64,000 nt of DNA from Eledone cirrhosa (Eukaryota): assembly GCA_964016885.1 (NCBI GenBank), contig OZ024751.1:37076001-37140000 (forward strand), in the 5' to 3' direction. A program made the position numbers and the translations under genes. Below the pieces are notes generated by a model. That model was not told the origin of the DNA and searched no databases. It was given only the letters and a program-made list of their open reading frames with translations. Shown here one piece after another: positions 42,118-51,816 of this stretch (position 1 is the stretch's first letter; each line of letters begins with the position of its first letter).

Positions 42118-45100
42118 ATGGCCATAAGAGTAGGAAGTTTAAATGTTCGTGGCCTGGGGTCGCCCTGGAAGCAAGGTCACTTGCTCAACGACCTCAGGTC
42201 ACTAGGAATGGATGTAATTGCCATCAGCGAGACCAGAATTTCCGACACACGCGCACTGGCGCCGATTTTCGACGATTATCAGATCTTTGCATCTGTTAGT
42301 CGGCCGGGAATGGGAGGTGGAGTGGCTGTGCTGTTTAGGAAATGTCTGGATCTCGAGGTAAGGTCAATCTTCCGGGATCCTGACGGAAAGTTGGTGGTCC
42401 TGGACGTGAGCAATAGCGAAGGTGGTGCCTTTAGACTGGTGGCCGTCTACGCCCCTACTGGGGCCGGTCGGCCGGACTTCTTTAGGCGCCTGGAAAACTT
42501 TCTGCTTACGTCTCGCCCTTTACTGTTAATAGGGGATTGGAATGGCATCTTAGAAGCACGCTGGGATTGTGTGGGAGTATCTGATAGGAGCGGGGGGTGC
42601 AAAAGCCTCAAGTACCTGATCAGCCAGTTTCAACTGTCTGACAGGTACCGACTAGATTTCCCTAATGCGCCAGTATGGACCTGGACCAATCGCATAGGGT
42701 CATCTAGATCGTACATAGATAGGATTTTCATTAGGAAAAGAGATAGAAATAGTGTAGGATGTCCACATTTTAAAACGGTTGCCTATTCAGATCACAAGCT
42801 TGTGATCTGTATGGTCGACCTAGATAAGACACGTAGGTTAGGACCTAGCTACTGGAAGCTAAACATGTCGTTTCCGGCACGTAAAGCTTACAGGGACCGG
42901 GTCAACAACTTAGTTAAGCAAAAGTTGACAGGGGGGGGTTGTCAACAACAGGTGGTGGGGGGCACTCAAAAGAGAGATTAGAGCAACCTCGATAGGATTT
43001 AGCAAAGAAGTAGCAATAGAGAAAAATAGAAAAGAGGAGGGGCTGATAGCTAAGTTAGACGAGGCTATTTGTAGTGGCATTGCAACAGACGTGCTAGCGG
43101 CGAGAATGGCACTAGACCATTTCTTCAATGCGAAACACGAAGGTTGCATTGTCAGAGCTAAGGCGCGTGCTCTGAGGAACGAGGGAACCAAAGCTGCCCG
43201 ATGGGCTCGCTTTGCAGAGACGCAGCGTGGAAATAAAACCACAATTCGGTCTTTGACGGATCGAGATGGACACGAACTGAGCGATTCCAAGCAGATGTGT
43301 GAGGCCTTTCGCCAGCACTTTGCTCGATTGTTCGGGAGGATGGGTGAGTCGGAGACGGCGGCGGACTTCAGTCCCTACCTCGACGGCTTGCCACGCCTCT
43401 CGACGGCCGACGCTGAGCGCTGCGAAGAGCCGATAACATCAGCCGAAATTCAGGACGCCCTTGTCGGCTGCTCGAGTCGCAAGTCACCCGGTTTGGATGG
43501 TCTGCCCTACGAGCTTTACGTAAATATGCCAGACTTGTTCTCCGATCTCCTCGAAGCGCTCTACTGCAACTGGCAGCAGAACGGGAGCATTCCCAGTTCT
43601 GTGAGCCGTGGCGTAGTGACGCTGATAAGGAAAGACGAGAACAAGAGGGACACACTAGATAATTTCAGGCCCATAACCCTGCTCAACACAGAGTTTAAGA
43701 TTTTGGCCAAGGTGTTAGCGAAAAGGTTGGCGCTTGTCGTCAAAGATTTGGTTGGGGAGGCGCAAACTTGCGCAATCCCGACCAGGTCCATACACGACAA
43801 CCTCCACCTCATGCGATACATCATAGAGAGGGTTGGGTGCAAACCTGGCTTCGGTGGGGCTCTGATCAATTTAGATCAATCGAAAGCATTCGATAGGGTC
43901 GACCATCGGTACTTGGAGGCTGTCCTCGAGGCGGCTGGCTTCGGCCCCGTCTTCAGAAGCTGGATCGCTGCAATGTACAGCGGCATCCGCTCGGTGGTCA
44001 AAGTTAATGGCCACCTCTCGGAACCGTTTCAGATCTCTCGATCGGTCCGTCAAGGGTGCCCTCTCTCCTCACTTCTGTACGTATTGACTCTTGAGCCTCT
44101 ACTGCGGAAGCTGGAGTTGTTGCAGGGCATCCCGCTCGAACCGGGACGTAGAAAGGCTGCGTCCGCTTATGCGGACGACATCACCGTGATGGTGTCGGAC
44201 ACCTGGGAAATCGAGGTGATCCGCACCCATTTGGAGGAATATGAAAGGTTGACGGGAGCAAAACTTAACCCGGAAAAGTCGGTGGGCTTGCAGCTCGGCA
44301 CCTGGAGAGGCAAGTCCATGCCGTCCAACAGCGTCGTTGGGCGCTGGACAGACGGACCGGTAAAGTTGCTCGGGGTTTGGTTCGGACCAGACCTCCAGGT
44401 GGATAAGAATTGGGACGAGGTGACGAGCAGGATAGCCAACCTCACCCAGAAATGGGCTGAGAGAAAGCTATCACTGAAAGGGCGGGCGGAGGTGGCGAAC
44501 GCGTACATCGCGTCCGTCATCTACTACCGCCTGACCGTCGTGCCTTGCCCCCGTCCACGCCTCGCCAATTTGGAACGGCTCCTTTTCAAATTTTTGTGGA
44601 GGGGACGGGTCCCGTTGGTGAGGCGGTCCATCTGCTGCCAGCACCCTCTTCGTGGAGGGCTGGGCATGCCGTGGCTAATGATGCGCAGACATGCGCTGAG
44701 GCTGCGACATCTCCAGATATTTTGCCTAAACGGTGAACAGGTGTGGTCGCCGTTTGTTAGACGGGCCTTTCCGCAGCTCATCTCTTTGACTGAGCTGCAG
44801 TCCTGGGTCAAGAAGAGACCGAGACTGGGCGACTGGCATCTGGAATGTTGCCAGGCGCTCACTGCACTCTGCAAGGTGGGCAATGCGGTCAGTGGAACTT
44901 CCACTCAAGATTTCTATAGAGGATTAGTGGAGGGCAAGTGCGATGACGTACTAGGAGAGGCTCTGGGCGTCAACGAAGTAGAACTGACCAGTATGTTCCG
45001 GAGGACTTTCGAGCCGGGGACGATGGATAACTTCCAGAAATCCCTCGCTTGGCAGTGCTACCGGGGGGCGCTGCCGGTTCGGGATAAACTCTACAGGCAC

Positions 45101-45538
45101 GGAAGTGCTGTCAGACGAACCTGCCCGAGATGCGCGCAGAGCGACGAAACCGTTCTGCACGCACTCGTCCAGTGTCCGTGCATTGCTGACTTGTGGGGTT
45201 ATGTCGAACAGCTATTGTCGCGTGTAGAACGGATCCGGCTATCGTCCGAGTCCATAGTGAAGATTGACCCGCCGCCTTCTTTTGGTCAGGAAGGGCAGGC
45301 AATTTTCCTCTGCCTGGTGGCAGTAGCGAAAGAGGTTGCATGGTGGACCAGGTTGAAAGGACTGAAGACAGACACTTTTCTCTTCGGCCAATCCCTCATC
45401 AACTTCTTCAAGTTTCACTTGGAAAGGAAGGTGAGGGTGGAGAGAGAAGTGCTGCCCCCCAGTACATTTACTGAAAGGTGGGTGAATGTGGCGAGAATGG
45501 CCCGCGTGAGTGGGCCTACTCTGATCATGCGCCTGTAG
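42118..45538 (+). pseudogene. LINE ORF2 (APE endonuclease, reverse transcriptase, CCHC) split by a +1 G frameshift (copy 1)
   Basis: G8 run at 42931-42938 versus G7 in copies 2 and 3 splits ORF2 into 287-aa and 815-aa pieces. Confidence 0.85.
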
Positions 45539-46021
45539 GCTGGTGAATTCGAGAAGGAGAGGGGTGCCCTTCCCGGGTGCCCTAGGAGCGTCGGGTGGCT
45601 CAGGACTGGTGGGGTGCTTGAGTCAACCCTGGGTGGTGATCCCTCTTATTGGGGAACTTTCATTGTTGTATTTTTATTGTTATTTTGTTTTTTTGGTTAT
45701 TTATACTTACTCGATCTCTATGTAAACCCCCACTGTCCCTGTCTATTGTGTTGTCCCCTATATGTCGGCCCTTGTGGCCAATAAATGAAATCATTATTAT
45801 TATTATTATTGACGAAAGTGGATGTACGTTTTTTGAAGCTCCGTGAGTAAGCAATTTTTTGAGGATTAATTGTAGAGAATTGTTTATTTTTTGTACCGCT
45901 GAAGCATTATAAGACATTAATTTGTATCCTGTGAAGGAATAACTCATAATATTTGGGCCTTTTGGCCCAAATATTTGAACTTTATTTTGAAAAAAAATAA
46001 TAATTTTTTTCTCAAAAAAAC

Positions 46022-47884
46022 ATGGCGGAGCCACGCCCCCTAGAGGCGGGTCTGCTGTCGTGCAACGGCGACTTGAGCGTTGAGAGGAGAGGTGAGGCGA
46101 GGAGCGCCACCAGCACGAATGTGAGCAGCGACAGTGCCAGCACCAACGGGCCGAGCGGCGCGGAAGGTGGTAACAGCGACAACACCAACACCAACAAGCC
46201 GAACAGCGCAGAAGGTGGTAATAGCGAGAGCACCAACAAGGCCAACAGCACAGAAGGTAACCACGACACAGGGGAGAACAACAACAGCAATAGCAGCAGC
46301 AACACCAACAAGAACAACAACAGTGACAACACCAACAAGAACACTTTCGCTGCTGTGGCAGCGGCTAAAAGGAGACCATGCTACAGCATCGACTTAACCA
46401 ACAGAGAGGAAAAGTTGGCCCAGGCCTGGAAAATCATAAATCAAGAGCAGACCTGGGCAAACTTAACTGTCCCGGCAGAAGCCATTGAGGCAGTGGAAAA
46501 AAGAACGGTGCATTTCAGATGCATCTCAGTAGAGACAAAGAGGGCAGCGATAATCGCCCAAGCTGACATAGAAGCCGCACTGAAATACATCAGAGAGGAC
46601 ACAGACTTCATAGAGAGGGGCAGGCAATACGGCACCGTTTCGGTGCTGTTCAAGTCTGAAGCCCTCGCTGTGAAGCATTCAATGACCCCTTGCAAAACCA
46701 GCAAGGTCATAATGTACCCCTCCCACATGGGAAAACGAATAGCACGTGTGCGCATTCCCAGGATTCCACCAGGACTTGATATGTGGTGGCTCCTGGGTTG
46801 CGTAATCGTGGAAGGAACGGATACAGTCCCGGTAGAGGCAACGAGAACTGCCAGGGACGACTGGTCCGGGGTTGATCTGGAGATACTGCTCCAAATCAGA
46901 CCCGAAAACGTAAAAACAATCCCGGACCACATCCGCCTCCAAAACGGGAGGGTGTTGCATATAATGACTGAGGGCAAAAGGCCGCATTGTTTCCTTTGTG
47001 GGGAAACGACACACTTGCGAGCCTTCTGCCCTCAACTGCCGAAAAGCGCAAGGGGTCGAAAGATTCCACTGCTGGCGACGCCGGGACAAGGACCACCAGC
47101 AACACCGTCAACAATGGAACCACCAAAATTGCACACCCAGGGGGGAAACGAGGAAAGCTCTCCCATTCCCCCTCCCCCCCAAAATACACACACGAACAAG
47201 AACATAAACACTCACTCAGACACAAACACGCTCACAGCCACAGACCCCTCATCCTCCAGCAGTGAAGATGAGGGAAAACCAAAGTCCCCCAAAATACAAA
47301 AAACAAAACACAAAAAAAAAAGAAATCCACAAAGCACAAACACCCCCACAAAAAAAAATACACACACCACCCACACAAACATTTTCCCCACAGCATCACC
47401 AACACAACCACCACAATCCCCCAAACGCAAACAAGCTAAACAGACACAAGAACAAATAGACACACAAACATCAGAAACTACAGACACCCCACCCACAACA
47501 AACGCAGACACAATAGAAACAACACTAACAAAGCTATCACCACCACAATCACACGAACAAATAAAACCCGAGCAACAAAACATTAAAAACTTCGTGCTTG
47601 CCAGAAGGGCCAACAAGGAATTGATGGCCCATGTAGCACGAAGCACAAACATCGAAAAAGACGGGGAAACATTTGAAGCGAGCACATTTCGCGTACCAGA
47701 TAATTTGCTTCTGATGCGAATGTCGCTCGCTTCATACAAAGAAATTCGAAAGAGCTTTCCTCGGGATGTGGGAACCCCGAACGTAAAACCCACGTCAAGA
47801 CTATTAAAGGGGTTCCCAAAAGAAACCCCACAAACCATGGAGGTCGAACCACCCGACCTTCACAAGACCCCGGAAGGTAAGTAA
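46022..47884 (+). CDS. LINE ORF1 (copy 2)
   Basis: 620 aa, zinc knuckle; differs from copy 1 at about 2 residues. Confidence 0.9.
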   Translation: MAEPRPLEAGLLSCNGDLSVERRGEARSATSTNVSSDSASTNGPSGAEGGNSDNTNTNKPNSAEGGNSESTNKANSTEGNHDTGENNNSNSSSNTNKNNNSDNTNKNTFAAVAAAKRRPCYSIDLTNREEKLAQAWKIINQEQTWANLTVPAEAIEAVEKRTVHFRCISVETKRAAIIAQADIEAALKYIREDTDFIERGRQYGTVSVLFKSEALAVKHSMTPCKTSKVIMYPSHMGKRIARVRIPRIPPGLDMWWLLGCVIVEGTDTVPVEATRTARDDWSGVDLEILLQIRPENVKTIPDHIRLQNGRVLHIMTEGKRPHCFLCGETTHLRAFCPQLPKSARGRKIPLLATPGQGPPATPSTMEPPKLHTQGGNEESSPIPPPPQNTHTNKNINTHSDTNTLTATDPSSSSSEDEGKPKSPKIQKTKHKKKRNPQSTNTPTKKNTHTTHTNIFPTASPTQPPQSPKRKQAKQTQEQIDTQTSETTDTPPTTNADTIETTLTKLSPPQSHEQIKPEQQNIKNFVLARRANKELMAHVARSTNIEKDGETFEASTFRVPDNLLLMRMSLASYKEIRKSFPRDVGTPNVKPTSRLLKGFPKETPQTMEVEPPDLHKTPEGK

Positions 47885-47913
47885 ACCTTTCCTCTCCCAT
47901 TCATCCTGCCAGC

Positions 47914-50900
47914 ATGGCCATAAGAGTAGGAAGTTTAAATGTTCGTGGCCTGGGGTCGCCCTGGAAGCAAGGTCACTTGCTCAACGACCTCAGGTCACTA
48001 GGAATGGATGTAATTGCCATCAGCGAGACCAGAATTTCCGACACACGCGCACTGGCGCCGATTTTCGACGATTATCAGATCTTTGCATCTGTTAGTCGGC
48101 CGGGAATGGGAGGTGGAGTGGCTGTGCTGTTTAGGAAATGTCTGGATCTCGAGGTAAGGTCAATCTTCCGGGATCCTGACGGAAAGTTGGTGGTCCTGGA
48201 CGTGAGCAATAGCGAAGGTGGTGCCTTTAGACTGGTGGCCGTCTACGCCCCTACTGGGGCCGGTCGGCCGGACTTCTTTAGGCGCCTGGAAAACTTTCTG
48301 CTTACGTCTCGCCCTTTACTGTTAATAGGGGATTGGAATGGCATCTTAGAAGCACGCTGGGATTGTGTGGGAGTATCTGATAGGAGCGGGGGGTGCAAAA
48401 GCCTCAAGTACCTGATCAGCCAGTTTCAACTGTCTGACAGGTACCGACTAGATTTCCCTAATGCGCCAGTATGGACCTGGACCAATCGCATAGGGTCATC
48501 TAGATCGTACATAGATAGGATTTTCATTAGGAAAAGAGATAGAAATAGTGTAGGATGTCCACATTTTAAAACGGTTGCCTATTCAGATCACAAGCTTGTG
48601 ATCTGTATGGTCGACCTAGATAAGACACGTAGGTTAGGACCTAGCTACTGGAAGCTAAACATGTCGTTTCCGGCACGTAAAGCTTACAGGGACCGGGTCA
48701 ACAACTTAGTTAAGCAAAAGTTGACAGGGGGGGTTGTCAACAACAGGTGGTGGGGGGCACTCAAAAGAGAGATTAGAGCAACCTCGATAGGATTTAGCAA
48801 AGAAGTAGCAATAGAGAAAAATAGAAAGGAGGAGGGGCTGATAGCTAAGTTAGACGAGGCTATTTGTAGTGGCATTGCAACAGACGTGCTAGCGGCGAGA
48901 ATGGCACTAGACCATTTCTTCAATGCGAAACACGAAGGTTGCATTGTCAGAGCTAAGGCGCGTGCTCTGAGGAACGAGGGAACCAAAGCTGCCCGATGGG
49001 CTCGCTTTGCAGAGACGCAGCGTGGAAATAAAACCACAATTCGGTCTTTGACGGATCGAGATGGACACGAACTGAGCGATTCCAAGCAGATGTGTGAGGC
49101 CTTTCGCCAGCACTTTGCTCGATTGTTCGGGAGGATGGGTGAGTCGGAGACGGCGGCGGACTTCAGTCCCTACCTCGACGGCTTGCCACGCCTCTCGACG
49201 GCCGACGCTGAGCGCTGCGAAGAGCCGATAACATCAGCCGAAATTCAGGACGCCCTTGTCGGCTGCTCGAGTCGCAAGTCACCCGGTTTGGATGGTCTGC
49301 CCTACGAGCTTTACGTAAATATGCCAGACTTGTTCTCCGATCTCCTCGAAGCGCTCTACTGCAACTGGCAGCAGAACGGGAGCATTCCCAGTTCTGTGAG
49401 CCGTGGCGTAGTGACGCTGATAAGGAAAGACGAGAACAAGAGGGACACACTAGATAATTTCAGGCCCATAACCCTGCTCAACACAGAGTTTAAGATTTTG
49501 GCCAAGGTGTTAGCGAAAAGGTTGGCGCTTGTCGTCAAAGATTTGGTTGGGGAGGCGCAAACTTGCGCAATCCCGACCAGGTCCATACACGACAACCTCC
49601 ACCTCATGCGATACATCATAGAGAGGGTTGGGTGCAAACCTGGCTTCGGTGGGGCTCTGATCAATTTAGATCAATCGAAAGCATTCGATAGGGTCGACCA
49701 TCGGTACTTGGAGGCTGTCCTCGAGGCGGCTGGCTTCGGCCCCGTCTTCAGAAGCTGGATCGCTGCAATGTACAGCGGCATCCGCTCGGTGGTCAAAGTT
49801 AATGGCCACCTCTCGGAACCGTTTCAGATCTCTCGATCGGTCCGTCAAGGGTGCCCTCTCTCCTCACTTCTGTACGTATTGACTCTTGAGCCTCTACTGC
49901 GGAAGCTGGAGTTGTTGCAGGGCATCCCGCTCGAACCGGGACGTAGAAAGGCTGCGTCCGCTTATGCGGACGACATCACCGTGATGGTGTCGGACACCTG
50001 GGAAATCGAGGTGATCCGCACCCATTTGGAGGAATATGAAAGGTTGACGGGAGCAAAACTTAACCCGGAAAAGTCGGTGGGCTTGCAGCTCGGCACCTGG
50101 AGAGGCAAGTCCATGCCGTCCAACAGCGTCGTTGGGCGCTGGACAGACGGACCGGTAAAGTTGCTCGGGGTTTGGTTCGGACCAGACCTCCAGGTGGATA
50201 AGAATTGGGACGAGGTGACGAGCAGGATAGCCAACCTCACCCAGAAATGGGCTGAGAGAAAGCTATCACTGAAAGGGCGGGCGGAGGTGGCGAACGCGTA
50301 CATCGCGTCCGTCATCTACTACCGCCTGACCGTCGTGCCTTGCCCCCGTCCACGCCTCGCCAATTTGGAACGGCTCCTTTTCAAATTTTTGTGGAGGGGA
50401 CGGGTCCCGTTGGTGAGGCGGTCCATCTGCTGCCAGCACCCTCTTCGTGGAGGGCTGGGCATGCCGTGGCTAATGATGCGCAGACATGCGCTGAGGCTGC
50501 GACATCTCCAGATATTTTGCCTAAACGGTGAACAGGTGTGGTCGCCGTTTGTTAGACGGGCCTTTCCGCAGCTCATCTCTTTGACTGAGCTGCAGTCCTG
50601 GGTCAAGAAGAGACCGAGACTGGGCGACTGGCATCTGGAATGTTGCCAGGCGCTCACTGCACTCTGCAAGGTGGGCAATGCGGTCAGTGGAACTTCCACT
50701 CAAGATTTCTATAGAGGATTAGTGGAGGGCAAGTGCGATGACGTACTAGGAGAGGCTCTGGGCGTCAACGAAGTAGAACTGACCAGTATGTTCCGGAGGA
50801 CTTTCGAGCCGGGGACGATGGATAACTTCCAGAAATCCCTCGCTTGGCAGTGCTACCGGGGGGCGCTGCCGGTTCGGGATAAACTCTACAGGCACGGAAG

Positions 50901-51333
50901 TGCTGTCAGACGAACCTGCCCGAGATGCGCGCAGAGCGACGAAACCGTTCTGCACGCACTCGTCCAGTGTCCGTGCATTGCTGACTTGTGGGGTTATGTC
51001 GAACAGCTATTGTCGCGTGTAGAACGGATCCGGCTATCGTCCGAGTCCATAGTGAAGATTGACCCGCCGCCTTCTTTTGGTCAGGAAGGGCAGGCAATTT
51101 TCCTCTGCCTGGTGGCAGTAGCGAAAGAGGTTGCATGGTGGACCAGGTTGAAAGGACTGAAGACAGACACTTTTCTCTTCGGCCAATCCCTCATCAACTT
51201 CTTCAAGTTTCACTTGGAAAGGAAGGTGAGGGTGGAGAGAGAAGTGCTGCCCCCCAGTACATTTACTGAAAGGTGGGTGAATGTGGCGAGAATGGCCCGC
51301 GTGAGTGGGCCTACTCTGATCATGCGCCTGTAG
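47914..51333 (+). CDS. LINE ORF2: APE endonuclease + reverse transcriptase + C-terminal CCHC (copy 2)
   Basis: APE motifs LNVRGL, ISET, VYAP, GDWN, IDRIF, SDH; RT motifs SPGLDG, FRPITLLN, LDQSKAFDRV, RQGCPLS, YADD, GGLG; CPRC...HALVQC. Confidence 0.97.
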   Translation: MAIRVGSLNVRGLGSPWKQGHLLNDLRSLGMDVIAISETRISDTRALAPIFDDYQIFASVSRPGMGGGVAVLFRKCLDLEVRSIFRDPDGKLVVLDVSNSEGGAFRLVAVYAPTGAGRPDFFRRLENFLLTSRPLLLIGDWNGILEARWDCVGVSDRSGGCKSLKYLISQFQLSDRYRLDFPNAPVWTWTNRIGSSRSYIDRIFIRKRDRNSVGCPHFKTVAYSDHKLVICMVDLDKTRRLGPSYWKLNMSFPARKAYRDRVNNLVKQKLTGGVVNNRWWGALKREIRATSIGFSKEVAIEKNRKEEGLIAKLDEAICSGIATDVLAARMALDHFFNAKHEGCIVRAKARALRNEGTKAARWARFAETQRGNKTTIRSLTDRDGHELSDSKQMCEAFRQHFARLFGRMGESETAADFSPYLDGLPRLSTADAERCEEPITSAEIQDALVGCSSRKSPGLDGLPYELYVNMPDLFSDLLEALYCNWQQNGSIPSSVSRGVVTLIRKDENKRDTLDNFRPITLLNTEFKILAKVLAKRLALVVKDLVGEAQTCAIPTRSIHDNLHLMRYIIERVGCKPGFGGALINLDQSKAFDRVDHRYLEAVLEAAGFGPVFRSWIAAMYSGIRSVVKVNGHLSEPFQISRSVRQGCPLSSLLYVLTLEPLLRKLELLQGIPLEPGRRKAASAYADDITVMVSDTWEIEVIRTHLEEYERLTGAKLNPEKSVGLQLGTWRGKSMPSNSVVGRWTDGPVKLLGVWFGPDLQVDKNWDEVTSRIANLTQKWAERKLSLKGRAEVANAYIASVIYYRLTVVPCPRPRLANLERLLFKFLWRGRVPLVRRSICCQHPLRGGLGMPWLMMRRHALRLRHLQIFCLNGEQVWSPFVRRAFPQLISLTELQSWVKKRPRLGDWHLECCQALTALCKVGNAVSGTSTQDFYRGLVEGKCDDVLGEALGVNEVELTSMFRRTFEPGTMDNFQKSLAWQCYRGALPVRDKLYRHGSAVRRTCPRCAQSDETVLHALVQCPCIADLWGYVEQLLSRVERIRLSSESIVKIDPPPSFGQEGQAIFLCLVAVAKEVAWWTRLKGLKTDTFLFGQSLINFFKFHLERKVRVEREVLPPSTFTERWVNVARMARVSGPTLIMRL

Positions 51334-51816
51334 GCTGGTGAATTCGAGAAGGAGAGGGGTGCCCTTCCCGGGTGCCCTAGGAGCGTCGGGTGGCTCAGGA
51401 CTGGTGGGGTGCTTGAGTCAACCCTGGGTGGTGATCCCTCTTATTGGGGAACTTTCATTGTTGTATTTTTATTGTTATTTTGTTTTTTTGGTTATTTATA
51501 CTTACTCGATCTCTATGTAAACCCCCACTGTCCCTGTCTATTGTGTTGTCCCCTATATGTCGGCCCTTGTGGCCAATAAATGAAATCATTATTATTATTA
51601 TTATTGACGAAAGTGGATGTACGTTTTTTGAAGCTCCGTGAGTAAGCAATTTTTTGAGGATTAATTGTAGAGAATTGTTTATTTTTTGTACCGCTGAAGC
51701 ATTATAAGACATTAATTTGTATCCTGTGAAGGAATAACTCATAATATTTGGGCCTTTTGGCCCAAATATTTGAACTTTATTTTGAAAAAAAATAATAATT
51801 TTTTTCTCAAAAAAAC

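Larger units (their letters stand above)
40015..45792 (+). mobile_element. Full-length L1/Tx1-clade non-LTR retrotransposon, copy 1 (ORF2 frameshifted)
   Basis: Starts GACGAAAGTGG after (ATT)6 (39997-40014); 211-nt 5'UTR, ORF1, 29-nt spacer, APE-RT-CCHC ORF2, 3'UTR ending AATAAATGAAATC followed by (ATT)6. Confidence 0.95.
45811..51587 (+). mobile_element. Full-length L1/Tx1-clade LINE, copy 2 (both ORFs intact)
   Basis: Same sequence as copy 1 offset by 5796 nt; intact 620-aa ORF1 and 1139-aa ORF2; flanked by (ATT)6 on both sides. Confidence 0.96.

Noticed and set aside
40216-45341. Many antisense and alternate-frame ORFs inside the LINE (e.g. 208 aa at 41416-42042)
   Set aside because: Shadows of GC-rich or A/C-skewed coding sequence; no motifs; repeated only because the element is triplicated.
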